From a bacterium (GTDB lineage: Bacteria; Cyanobacteriota; Vampirovibrionia; Gastranaerophilales; Gastranaerophilaceae), in assembly GCA_017626055.1 (NCBI GenBank), contig JAGAJM010000023.1, positions 17,571-81,570 of the forward strand: a stretch of DNA of 64,000 nucleotides. The letters run 5' to 3'. The translations under genes were made by a program, and so were the position numbers. The notes below the pieces were generated by a model. The model was not told the DNA's origin. It saw only the letters and a program-made list of their open reading frames with translations, and made no database searches. Of the stretch, positions 7,994-17,407 are shown piece after piece; the stretch's first letter is position 1; each line of letters starts with the position of its first letter.

Positions 7994-9259
7994 TTATACA
8001 TCAATTGTCAGAACTATCGAATTATCTTCCATTACAGTTTCACTTTCAAGTCGCATATTCTCTTGTTCTAAACGTTCTTTAATCTTGTTATAAGTCATTT
8101 CTTGAATATTTAACCCATACTCATCGTTCAAATCGTTAATCATGTCTTCGCACTCAGCTTTATCTGAAACTTGTGTCACATCAAGGGTATAGCCATTTGA
8201 ACCATCTTTTTTATAATAAATCATTTCCATACCAAACAACTTACAAGAAACTTCATCACCATTTTCTTGAATTTCTTCTGCGCCGTGCTCAATTAGAGTG
8301 TTTAGCAACATCCCCTTGTCTGTGTAGTTTGTTGTATATGTATAAACCGCCGTAAACATATCGTTAATCAAACGTAAATCACGACCAGCAGCAATATTTA
8401 GTTTTCTAAATATTATTTCAGCTTCCTTTGTAATAGCTGCATTATTAGAACCAGAAAACTCCGCAGTAAAATACCCATTTTTCAAAACCCAATTTAGTGT
8501 AGCATTACTATTTTTCAAAGGTGTTTGGCAATCTGCCTCATAAAACAGGTAATTTGCTTCTTTCAAATACCCTCTGAGCTCCTCTGGTTTAATATTTGTT
8601 TGGATTTTTAAATTAGTAAGACCATATGTAATATTTGTCCCCTGAACAGCACCAGAAACTCCGATATTCAAAATAGTAACTTTCTGTTCAACTTCAAGCG
8701 TGAATGTTTTATCTGAACTCTCTTTGAAATATTTAACACTTTGTCCGTTTAAAGTTGCAACAACTTCATCGTCAGTAGTTGAAAAGATTTCAGTAGCACC
8801 TTCTTTTTTTAGCGCAGAATAAATCTCAGGCATTGATTGATAAGTTGTGTCATACTGATAATAAAAATATTCACTAGACTCAATCAATCTTACATTACGA
8901 TTAGCAACCTTATCTAATTCTGTAAAAAAATGCTCTCCAAACACCTGCAAAGATTCAGAATCACAGTTACCAGTCAAGTTAGCAACCATATATTTGCCGT
9001 GATTAATCCATTGAACTTTTAACCCTGTATTCATAAAATAAGGTACGTGAATTCTTTGCTCAGGACAACCAAGTTGCATCATTAGAGATGAAAGTTCTTG
9101 ATAAGTAATATTTGTCAAAACTCTAATTCTTTTAAGATTTTGAGTTGCAACAGTTTTATTTGTAACTGTTTCATCAGCGGCGACACGAAGTTTTTCAGAC
9201 TTTGCATCTTCTGGATTTATTAAAAAAGCCATAGGGTAAGCAACTAAAGTGATAGACAT
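7994..9259 (-). CDS. 421-aa protein with internal A-B-A-B duplication; possibly DUF1257/Ycf35-related
   Basis: Two repeat pairs are visible in the protein. GATEIFSTTDDEVVATLNGQSVKYFKESSDKTFTLEVEQ aligns with GAEEIQENGDEVSCKLFGMEMIYYKKDGSNGYTLDVTQ. RVLTNITYQEL…WINHGKYMVANLTG aligns with IQTNIKPEEL…WVLKNGYFTAEFSG. The DUF1257 link rests only on genomic context and memory. Confidence 0.65.
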   Translation of the reverse strand: MSITLVAYPMAFLINPEDAKSEKLRVAADETVTNKTVATQNLKRIRVLTNITYQELSSLMMQLGCPEQRIHVPYFMNTGLKVQWINHGKYMVANLTGNCDSESLQVFGEHFFTELDKVANRNVRLIESSEYFYYQYDTTYQSMPEIYSALKKEGATEIFSTTDDEVVATLNGQSVKYFKESSDKTFTLEVEQKVTILNIGVSGAVQGTNITYGLTNLKIQTNIKPEELRGYLKEANYLFYEADCQTPLKNSNATLNWVLKNGYFTAEFSGSNNAAITKEAEIIFRKLNIAAGRDLRLINDMFTAVYTYTTNYTDKGMLLNTLIEHGAEEIQENGDEVSCKLFGMEMIYYKKDGSNGYTLDVTQVSDKAECEDMINDLNDEYGLNIQEMTYNKIKERLEQENMRLESETVMEDNSIVLTIDV

Positions 9260-9274
9260 TTACTTAATTTCCCC

Positions 9275-10903
9275 CTAAACATCCAAAGCTCTTCCGCCAC
9301 GAGAGTTGTTAACATCAGAACCATCCTCAACATTAGTTGAATATTCAGCCAAATCATCTTTACGAGTAGCTGCAACAGCTCTAACATTCGCCCATTGACG
9401 AAGCCCTAAAATCTGTTCTTTTTGAGTTACAGAAAGCGGTACAACGTTTTTAATTGTAGCCTCTAAATCAGCAAATTCTAAAGGTCGTTTATTGAAAAAT
9501 GCTTCATATAATGCAGTAATTACAACTTGTTCAATTTCCGCACCAACAAAACCTTCAGTCATATCAGCAAGTTTTTCAAGTAACTCTTCATTAACTTCCA
9601 ATTTGCTAGAAACTTCTTTATCTTTTAATCTTTTTGCTAGATGAAGCTTGAAAATTTCTTTACGTTCTCTATGGGTAGGTAGGTCAACAAAGAAAATTTC
9701 ATCAAAACGACCTTTTCTTAACAACTCAGCTGGAAGCCCGCTAATATTGTTTGCAGTAGCAATAACAAATACTGGAGCCGTTTTTTCTTGCATCCAAGTT
9801 AAGAAAGTACCAAAAATTCTTGATGAAGTCCCGCTATCACCATTTGACCCAGAACCCATACCACTTAAACTTTTTTCAATTTCGTCAACCCAAAGAATCG
9901 ATGGTGCAACAGCTTCAGCGGTTTTAATAGCTTTTCTCATATTTTCTTCAGAACTACCAACTATACCAGAGAAAATTTTACCAAAATCTAATTTCAAGAG
10001 TGGTAATTGCCATGCGGCACTCATAGCTTTTGCAGTCAAACTCTTACCACAACCAGGAACCCCAGTAATCAAAACCCCTTTTGGCGCTGGTAAGCAATAT
10101 TTCTTAGCTGATTCTGACCAAGAATTGTTACGCTTATTCAACCAGTTCTTAAGATTTTCCAAACCACCAACATCTGAAATTTTAATATCAGTATTAATAA
10201 ACTCTAAAATACCAGTTTTCTTAATTACTTGCATTTTTTCACTAAGAATAATTGACAAATCTTTGCCATCAATTTTGCCATCATTAACCATTGATAGAGC
10301 AAAAGCATTTTCAGCTTCTTGCAAAGTCAAACCTAAAGCAGCTTTGCAAAGTTTTTCTTTACCTTCATCATCTAAGTCAGAAGTATCAATTTGATTATTT
10401 TGAGTAACCATTTTATCTAACTTAGCTTTGATTTCTTCTAATGTTGGCAAAGGTAAATCAACAATAGTAATTTCTTTTTGCATAGATTCTGGAATAAGAA
10501 GTTCTGATGCCACAAATATAACATTTTTTCTAAATTTACTTGTTTTTAATTCCCCAATAATATCTCTTAAACGTCTAACAACATTATAATCAACTTGGCG
10601 ACCTTTCACCCCGAAATAAACGTGAAAATCGCACATTACAAAGACCGCATTTTTATTACAATCACGAATAAAATCAATAGCTTTATCAGGACTACTTGTT
10701 CCTTCAACTTTTTTGCCATCAAGTAAAAAACCATTAGTTTGTGTCCAAACATAAACTTCACGAGGAACACGAATTAATTTTTCTGATTTCGCAAGTTTTT
10801 TGATAACAGAAAGAGCTCTTTCTTCTTCCCACGTTGTGATATAAATATATGGAAATCTTGCTCTAAACAATTTTGATAGTTGTGATGTAATATTGTTAGT
10901 CAT
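9275..10903 (-). CDS. ycf46: Ycf46-type AAA+ ATPase
   Basis: 542 aa; N-terminus LFRARFPYIYITTWEEER typical of Ycf46; Walker A GVPGCGKSLTAK; Walker B ILWVDEIEK; second region of homology ATANNISGLPAELLRKGRFDEIFFV. Confidence 0.8.
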   Translation of the reverse strand: MTNNITSQLSKLFRARFPYIYITTWEEERALSVIKKLAKSEKLIRVPREVYVWTQTNGFLLDGKKVEGTSSPDKAIDFIRDCNKNAVFVMCDFHVYFGVKGRQVDYNVVRRLRDIIGELKTSKFRKNVIFVASELLIPESMQKEITIVDLPLPTLEEIKAKLDKMVTQNNQIDTSDLDDEGKEKLCKAALGLTLQEAENAFALSMVNDGKIDGKDLSIILSEKMQVIKKTGILEFINTDIKISDVGGLENLKNWLNKRNNSWSESAKKYCLPAPKGVLITGVPGCGKSLTAKAMSAAWQLPLLKLDFGKIFSGIVGSSEENMRKAIKTAEAVAPSILWVDEIEKSLSGMGSGSNGDSGTSSRIFGTFLTWMQEKTAPVFVIATANNISGLPAELLRKGRFDEIFFVDLPTHRERKEIFKLHLAKRLKDKEVSSKLEVNEELLEKLADMTEGFVGAEIEQVVITALYEAFFNKRPLEFADLEATIKNVVPLSVTQKEQILGLRQWANVRAVAATRKDDLAEYSTNVEDGSDVNNSRGGRALDV

Positions 10904-10925
10904 AGTTATAAACCTCTCATTGGCT

Positions 10926-11531
10926 TTATTTTACATTATTTTTGCCAAGTTGTAAACAGAAATTTCTTCTAATCTGGTCAAAATCCCCCATACCATTGAT
11001 TTCTAACTTTCCATCTTCTCCAATCCTAGCTTCTATTTTATTTTTATATCGAGAAATTATTTCTTGGTTATAAAAATCGGTTAGGAATATATATCTTTGA
11101 TTAGAGGAACCAACCCAAGGTCTTGATAAATCAAACTTATCTTGCTCGAAACCTCCATCAATAAGTAAATCAATACTAGACAAAAAAAGATTTACACCAT
11201 CATCATTTTTTGATTGTAATTCCTCTAGCGTATAACCTGTAAAACAAAGAACAGAAAGTCCTAAACCTTTTATTTTTATGGATAATTCAGCTAACTCATC
11301 TGCTTGTTCAAAAGGTTCACCACCTAAAAAAGTAATTCCTTCGATATCTTGAACTTCTTTTATCTGATTAAACAAATCATCAACAGAATATTTTGTCCCA
11401 ATCCCAAACTCCCAAGTATCTTTCGCCCAACAGTTTGGGCAGTGTTTTTTACACCCTTGAACCCAAATACAAAAGCGTTTTCCAGGACCTTCAACTTGAG
11501 TATTTTTTAAGAGTTTAAACACATCAATCAT
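10926..11531 (-). CDS. Radical SAM glycyl-radical-enzyme activase-like protein (NrdG-type)
   Basis: 201 aa; EGPGKRFCIWVQGCKKHCPNCW (CxxxCxxC cluster), GGEPF, GSSNQRYIF. The start overlaps the stop of the upstream gene (TAATG at 11529-11533). Confidence 0.8.
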   Translation of the reverse strand: MIDVFKLLKNTQVEGPGKRFCIWVQGCKKHCPNCWAKDTWEFGIGTKYSVDDLFNQIKEVQDIEGITFLGGEPFEQADELAELSIKIKGLGLSVLCFTGYTLEELQSKNDDGVNLFLSSIDLLIDGGFEQDKFDLSRPWVGSSNQRYIFLTDFYNQEIISRYKNKIEARIGEDGKLEINGMGDFDQIRRNFCLQLGKNNVK

Positions 11532-12538
11532 TAGAAATCAACAACCCTACCATCTGAAAGTTCATCGTCATCAGATTTTTCAACTGGTTTACCTATAACA
11601 ATCATTGGTTTAATTTTTTGTACAAAATGATCCTTTACATTTGCAACTGCAAAAAACTCATCATCGGATTTAAACAATCCATTCAAATCCCTGTGTTCGA
11701 CAATCTTTTTAGCTCCAACAATATTTATACCAGGCAAAATAGCAATTTCACTAGCTGTCGCAAAGTTAACATCAATTTTATTTGAACCAGAAGAAAGAAT
11801 ATCCCCTAAGTCACTAAACTGTTGAACCTCAGCTTCTTTTGGAACATATGCAACTTGCTCTTGAATATCTGAAAGATTAGTAAAAGCAACCTCTTTTTGA
11901 GCTTTCGGAACATACTGTTTTTGTTCTTGAATATTATCAATATCAACAAACCTAGCCCCTTTATCATTGACTTTGTTAGAGCCCTCAGCGAAAGAATCCG
12001 CTTGAATACCACCCATTTCAACAAATTTTGGACCTTGATTTGATCTGTCAATTCTCATTTCTTTTTTCTTTGGAGTTTCTGGCATATCAAGAGTAATTAT
12101 CTCAACATTTGTATCGTAGCTATAAAAAGTAGCCAAGGATTCTAAAGTCATATAACTATCAAAAACCTTACAAACTCTATGCCAAGCCTTATTTACATTA
12201 AGTTTACCTTTTTGCAAAGTAAACATTCTTTTTGCGCGTCTTTTATCGGCAAAATTATCCATTACAACAAGTTTTTCATCTGGGGTATAGATTATTGTAA
12301 CATTTTCATTATGCAAAGCATTATCCCTAAGTACAAACTGCCTATTCACAAGTTTAATACTTGTCTTGTATATAAGATTTAAGAAGAAATGCCTTACAAT
12401 AAAAAATGTAATAGCACACAAAACCACAATAAACAAACCCATTTTAAAGGCTTCTGGGCGTTCTAAAAACAGAGCAATAAGAAACGCAATAAGCGCCATC
12501 GCTAAGTTAAAACCATGATTTCTTCGACGATAAAACAT
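11531..12538 (-). CDS. Membrane-anchored protein with C-terminal ComEA-like helix-hairpin-helix
   Basis: 335 aa; two N-terminal TM helices; duplicated DIQEQ..YVPK segment; FATASEIAILPGINIVGAKKIVEHRDLNGLFKSDDEF resembles the ComEA HhH motif. Confidence 0.7.
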   Translation of the reverse strand: MFYRRRNHGFNLAMALIAFLIALFLERPEAFKMGLFIVVLCAITFFIVRHFFLNLIYKTSIKLVNRQFVLRDNALHNENVTIIYTPDEKLVVMDNFADKRRAKRMFTLQKGKLNVNKAWHRVCKVFDSYMTLESLATFYSYDTNVEIITLDMPETPKKKEMRIDRSNQGPKFVEMGGIQADSFAEGSNKVNDKGARFVDIDNIQEQKQYVPKAQKEVAFTNLSDIQEQVAYVPKEAEVQQFSDLGDILSSGSNKIDVNFATASEIAILPGINIVGAKKIVEHRDLNGLFKSDDEFFAVANVKDHFVQKIKPMIVIGKPVEKSDDDELSDGRVVDF

Positions 12539-12607
12539 AATACAACAATATCACAGATTACAATATTTCAATGATGTAAATAGATGATTTTATGCTAAAA
12601 TCAAACT

Positions 12608-13882
12608 ATGCAAAAGAAAGTTTCGACACTAAATAAACCTCTTAATGGTGAAATTACTATTCCTGCGGATAAATCAATTTCGCACAGAGCAGTAATGTTT
12701 TCTTCACTTGCAAAAGGTACATCTATCATTAGAAACTTCTCAGATGGTCAAGATCCCCTTACAACTCTAAAAATTTTCAACCAACTCGGAATTGAAAGTG
12801 ATATTAAAGAAAATGAGATTATTATTAAATCAACAGGCAAACTAAAACAAAATAATTTACCCCTTGATTGTGGTAACTCTGGAACTACAATGCGCCTAGT
12901 TTCTGGGATTTTAGCTGGTCAAAATTTTAATTCTGTTTTAATTGGCGATGAAAGTCTTTCAAAACGCCCTATGAAAAGAATTATCGAACCTTTAACACAA
13001 ATGGGAGCAATTATTGAAGCTAACGAATATAAAGCTCCATTAAAAATCACTGGTCAAGACTTACACGCAATTGATTACACATCACAAATAGCTTCAGCTC
13101 AAGTTAAGTCTTGTATTTTACTTGCAGGATTAGGGGTAAATGATGGAATTACATCTGTCACAGAGCCATACGTTTCAAGAAATCATACTGAACTTATGCT
13201 AAAAGCTATGGGGGCAAACATCTCAACTAATGGAACAAAAGTTTCTATCCAAAAATCCGAACTTTCACCAATAGAAATTAATATTTGCGGTGATATTTCA
13301 TCAGCTGCATATTTTATCGTTGCGGCGTTAATTGTTCCAAATTCAAAAATAATACTAAAAAAAGTTGGACTAAATCCAACAAGAACAGGAATTTTAGATG
13401 TTGCACAAAAAATGGGGGCAAATATCAAAATTCTTGATGAAAAAGAAGTTTATGGAGAAAAAGTTGGGGATATCCAAATTGAATACTCAGAATTAAATGG
13501 TTGTGAAATATCAGGTGAAATTATTCCACGACTTATTGATGAAATACCTATTATCGCAGTTCTTGCAACTCAAGCAAAAGGTAAAACTGTTATAAAAGAT
13601 GCTCAAGATTTACGTAACAAAGAATCTGACAGAATTACAGCCGTTGTAACTGAGCTAAAAAGACTTGGTGCAAATATTGAAGAAACACCAGATGGTATGA
13701 TTATCAGGGGTAAATGTAATTTATTAGGTGACACTGAAGTTGAAACTTATCACGACCATAGACTTGCTATGAGTTTATATGTTGCAGGCTTGATCTGCGA
13801 AAAAGAAATTTTAATTAACGGATTTGAATGGGTAAATATTTCATTCCCTACATTTGAAGAATTATTTAATAAGCTAATCTAA
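12608..13882 (+). CDS. aroA: 3-phosphoshikimate 1-carboxyvinyltransferase (EPSP synthase)
   Basis: 424 aa; ADKSISHRAVMFSSLA, LDCGNSGTTMRL, DHRLAMS blocks. Confidence 0.95.
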   Translation: MQKKVSTLNKPLNGEITIPADKSISHRAVMFSSLAKGTSIIRNFSDGQDPLTTLKIFNQLGIESDIKENEIIIKSTGKLKQNNLPLDCGNSGTTMRLVSGILAGQNFNSVLIGDESLSKRPMKRIIEPLTQMGAIIEANEYKAPLKITGQDLHAIDYTSQIASAQVKSCILLAGLGVNDGITSVTEPYVSRNHTELMLKAMGANISTNGTKVSIQKSELSPIEINICGDISSAAYFIVAALIVPNSKIILKKVGLNPTRTGILDVAQKMGANIKILDEKEVYGEKVGDIQIEYSELNGCEISGEIIPRLIDEIPIIAVLATQAKGKTVIKDAQDLRNKESDRITAVVTELKRLGANIEETPDGMIIRGKCNLLGDTEVETYHDHRLAMSLYVAGLICEKEILINGFEWVNISFPTFEELFNKLI

Positions 13883-13883
13883 A

Positions 13884-14708
13884 CTACTCTTTTACCCCAC
13901 CTTGCAAAATATCATTAATGAAATATTTTTTACCTAACAAAAACACGCCTACAACTGGAATTGTACAAACAACAGAACACGCTAACAAATCACCCCACAA
14001 AGTAAGTTCCCTAAAACTACCCTTAAATATTGCTAAACCAACAGGTAAAGTTCTCATAGATTCTGTATTAGTAACAATCAATGGCCACATAAAACTATTC
14101 CAAGTAGTTACAAATGTGAATATTGAAAGTGTTGCAATCGCTGGGATTGATAATGGTAATGCAATTTTGAAAAATGTAGTAAAGATATTACACCCATCGA
14201 TTTTAGCTGACTCTTCCAAATCTTTTGGCAAACCTAAAAAATATTGCCTCATCATAAATATACCAAAACCACCAAACAACCCAGGTAATATCAAGGCTTG
14301 ATAGGTATTTATCCACTCAAGTTGACGCATTAAAAAGAACAATGGAATAATATTCACTTGAGGTGGAACAAGCATTGTAATAAGAATAATTAAAAACAAA
14401 GCATCTCTGAATTTAAACGTCAATCTTGCAAAAGCATACCCAGCCAACGCAGAAAACAAAACTTGTCCAATAGTTGTAACAACTGCGACAAACAAACTAT
14501 TCACAAAATATTTCCACATAGGAATTTTTTCAAATACACTAGAATAATTTTCCAAAGTTAAAGGCGAATAAAATAATTTGCCACCTTGATTGAAAATTTC
14601 ACCATTTGGAACAAGCGAAAGATTTATCATTGCAAAAAACGGATAAAGCATTGATATAGCAATCAACACCAAACAAAAATAACCAAAAATCTTTCTCCAA
14701 TTTTTCAT
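13884..14708 (-). CDS. Carbohydrate ABC transporter permease (MalG/UgpE type), solitary
   Basis: 274 aa, 6 TM, EAA-loop ESAKIDGCNIFTTFFKIALP. No partner permease, SBP or ATPase is adjacent. Its stop is 1 nt from the aroA stop. Confidence 0.85.
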   Translation of the reverse strand: MKNWRKIFGYFCLVLIAISMLYPFFAMINLSLVPNGEIFNQGGKLFYSPLTLENYSSVFEKIPMWKYFVNSLFVAVVTTIGQVLFSALAGYAFARLTFKFRDALFLIILITMLVPPQVNIIPLFFLMRQLEWINTYQALILPGLFGGFGIFMMRQYFLGLPKDLEESAKIDGCNIFTTFFKIALPLSIPAIATLSIFTFVTTWNSFMWPLIVTNTESMRTLPVGLAIFKGSFRELTLWGDLLACSVVCTIPVVGVFLLGKKYFINDILQGGVKE

Positions 14709-14773
14709 AAAAAAATTATATCATATATTGCAAAATATTAGCAAAAATTCATCTTCACAGACTTAAAACAGAT

Positions 14774-16780
14774 ATGAGAATTCTCCCCCTTTCATATAAC
14801 TTATTTCTGCAAAATAAAATCCAGCAAAACCATTCATCTTTCACTTCCAAAACAGGTCTTAAACAAGATGAAGTGAGTTTTAGTGGAAATTCTGAGATGA
14901 GTGATGATGAGTACGCAACTAAATATAAATCCGTAACCCAACAGCTTTATACAAGACTTAAACAAGAGAACTTAGATGTTGCAAAATTCAAAGATTTCCC
15001 AATCTATCTTGAAAAAGATACTGTTGATTTTGCTCAAACTCTAATCAAAGATAAAGATTTCCCAATTCATCTTATAACAAATGTTATCGGTGAAATCAGT
15101 GGTGTAGATTTACTTAAACCATACGTAAAAGAAAATTACAAATTATACGTAAAAATGTATAACCAATGTATAAATAACCCAGATAATTATACCCCACTTC
15201 ACCAAGCTACACTAACCAAAGACGATATTGATAAATTCTTTGATAAAAAAGCAAAAGATCTTTTAATTTTATCTGGACTAGGAGATGAAGAATTAAATGA
15301 CATCATATTAAGAAAAAGATTTGATAAAGCTCCAGAATACCTAAAACAAGTATCACAATTATTCAAGTTCAAAAAATATGAACTTCTAAAACAAGGACTA
15401 AAATGTAAAAATCCAAATGGGCAACCTTTAAAACCAAACCAAAAACTTGAACTACTTGAATTGTTTAATGCTTATGGTGTAACACACACCGCTCCAACTA
15501 TCATATCTGATATGGTAAAATCTGGGACTCTAAATATCTCTCAACTAAAAGAAAATCTTTTCGATCAAATTTGGCAAAGTTGTGAATATTCAAAAGATGA
15601 TTTAGCACAAATACCTAAGAAAAAACTATATTCTTGGGATATGACATACTTATATCTAGTTCCAAGACACTTACAAACTAACAGAAGCGACTTTATCGAT
15701 ATTATAAAAATGGGAAATTCAAGGAAGAATTTCAAAACAATTATCCTTGATAAAACAAACGAATTTGGACAAAATAACGAAAAAACAAGAAATAGATTTA
15801 AACATCAAAACCTTGATTTTGCAAAATGGTTTACTCCTCCACAAGAAATTAATCGACGTCTTGTAATTAATGACCATAACGCAGGTATCCTAGAAAATAC
15901 CTGTATCCAGTTTGAAGAAAACGTTAATCTATTAAGAAAAATTCGTGTCGGAGATAAGTTTCCTGTAAAAATCTTCATTGATAAAAGGTACAAAAATTTC
16001 ATACAAGATGACGAATTTGTCGTACCTGAAGACATTAGAAATAACAGAGTAAAACTTAGACATCTTATAAGCGGCTTCAAAGAAGATATGCGCCCTGTCG
16101 CAGAAAGAACAGTTAATAACGCAAATAACAACAAAGACCACGCAACATTAGAACGTGCAATGTTAACTATGACCATACTAAATCACTTAGACGGACTAAT
16201 TGTATCTGCGTGGGAAATTCCAGAAAGTTTTGAACTTCATAGAAACTTAGACTTAACAATAAAAATGTGGGATAGAATTCCGCAAAAAGATTTATTCCAA
16301 GGAAATTATTCAACCTGTTGTATTGGTATGGGTGAATTTAACGCACAAGCAATGACAACTTATCTAAGAAATACTGCATTTAATATGATAGAAATTGTTG
16401 ATAATAATACCTCTAACACAATAGGAAATGCTTTATGTTATTACGCACTTGACGGGGACAAAAAGCCTATTTTAATCCTTGATAATATCGAAATAAACAA
16501 CAATTTCAAAGCAACACAAGATGCAAGACAACATATCCGCAATGAAATTTTTGAATACTGCAAAAACTTAAATAAAATTGTAGCAAAAGACGAAAACATA
16601 CCGATATATTTAGGTGGTTCATATAACGATGTACCAACATACGATTTAGAAGAATTTGAAGATAAACATATTACTCTACTTGGAAAAGTTGATACAAATA
16701 TGACTTACCTTGATGCGTTTAAAGGATGGGTTACAGATAAAGTAATTCAAGGTAATATCCCATTATTAAAAGCCCAATAA
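14774..16780 (+). CDS. Hypothetical 668-aa protein, leader-bearing (…EVSFSG)
   Basis: Long ORF; N-terminus MRILPLSYNLFLQNKIQQNHSSFTSKTGLKQDEVSFSG; no domain recognised. Confidence 0.7.
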   Translation: MRILPLSYNLFLQNKIQQNHSSFTSKTGLKQDEVSFSGNSEMSDDEYATKYKSVTQQLYTRLKQENLDVAKFKDFPIYLEKDTVDFAQTLIKDKDFPIHLITNVIGEISGVDLLKPYVKENYKLYVKMYNQCINNPDNYTPLHQATLTKDDIDKFFDKKAKDLLILSGLGDEELNDIILRKRFDKAPEYLKQVSQLFKFKKYELLKQGLKCKNPNGQPLKPNQKLELLELFNAYGVTHTAPTIISDMVKSGTLNISQLKENLFDQIWQSCEYSKDDLAQIPKKKLYSWDMTYLYLVPRHLQTNRSDFIDIIKMGNSRKNFKTIILDKTNEFGQNNEKTRNRFKHQNLDFAKWFTPPQEINRRLVINDHNAGILENTCIQFEENVNLLRKIRVGDKFPVKIFIDKRYKNFIQDDEFVVPEDIRNNRVKLRHLISGFKEDMRPVAERTVNNANNNKDHATLERAMLTMTILNHLDGLIVSAWEIPESFELHRNLDLTIKMWDRIPQKDLFQGNYSTCCIGMGEFNAQAMTTYLRNTAFNMIEIVDNNTSNTIGNALCYYALDGDKKPILILDNIEINNNFKATQDARQHIRNEIFEYCKNLNKIVAKDENIPIYLGGSYNDVPTYDLEEFEDKHITLLGKVDTNMTYLDAFKGWVTDKVIQGNIPLLKAQ

Positions 16781-16823
16781 ACTAAAACTTTACAAGAAAC
16801 ATTTAAAGGTTTATAATTTAGCT

Positions 16824-17321
16824 ATGAAATTTCTAGAAAAATTAAATCCTAATGATGAGTCTAAATTTTATGTAACGGGAACAATTTTCACGATTGTTGC
16901 ACTATTTGTCTTGACTGGTGTGGTATTTTTATTACTTATCGCCAACAAACTCGATATTGTAATGTCACAACCCGCAGACGAAACCTATACATATTTCATT
17001 TCAATTATGGACAAAATCCTAGGAATATTAACATTATTAGTAATTTTGCCATTATCAATTTATCAAATTTTTTCAAAAAACAAACAGGACATCGATAAAA
17101 CAATTAGTTTTGTTGCTGTTGGAATAATATTGATTTTCGTTGTTGGATTTTTTGGTGGACAACATTATTATTTCAAGAAATACGCAGAAGGGGAATTACA
17201 ATACTCAAAACTATTCTGCAAATCATCTTTTGAAACAAAAATGTTTGATAAAGTAATAGAAAAACAAGGGAAATTTCCACCTCAAATGTGCCAACCCCGC
17301 CCTAAAAAACATAAAAGATAA
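16824..17321 (+). CDS. Hypothetical 165-aa membrane protein (3 TM)
   Basis: Hydrophobic segments; no known motif. Confidence 0.6.
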   Translation: MKFLEKLNPNDESKFYVTGTIFTIVALFVLTGVVFLLLIANKLDIVMSQPADETYTYFISIMDKILGILTLLVILPLSIYQIFSKNKQDIDKTISFVAVGIILIFVVGFFGGQHYYFKKYAEGELQYSKLFCKSSFETKMFDKVIEKQGKFPPQMCQPRPKKHKR

Positions 17322-17407
17322 TATTTCATTGACATAACAACCTCTCCATAATATAACTAAATTATAGTTTTTCAGAATTAAGTTCGCTAAGTTGCGAAGA
17401 GAGGTTT

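Noticed and set aside
9648-10394. Long antisense ORFs inside well-supported genes. Examples are 13918-14301, 19670-19981, 20795-21574, 43133-43537, 48241-48717, 52008-52376, 53637-54149 and 62321-62761.
   Set aside because: These are shadow ORFs opposite conserved genes (AAA+, permeases, clpB, TamB-like, dnaE). Their S/I/L/F-rich composition is typical of antisense frames in AT-rich DNA.
7994-12538. Similar C-terminal endings of three operon proteins (…GRVVDF, …GRALDV, …LTIDV) as a shared docking tag
   Set aside because: Only 2-3 residues are shared, too short to distinguish from chance without orthologs.
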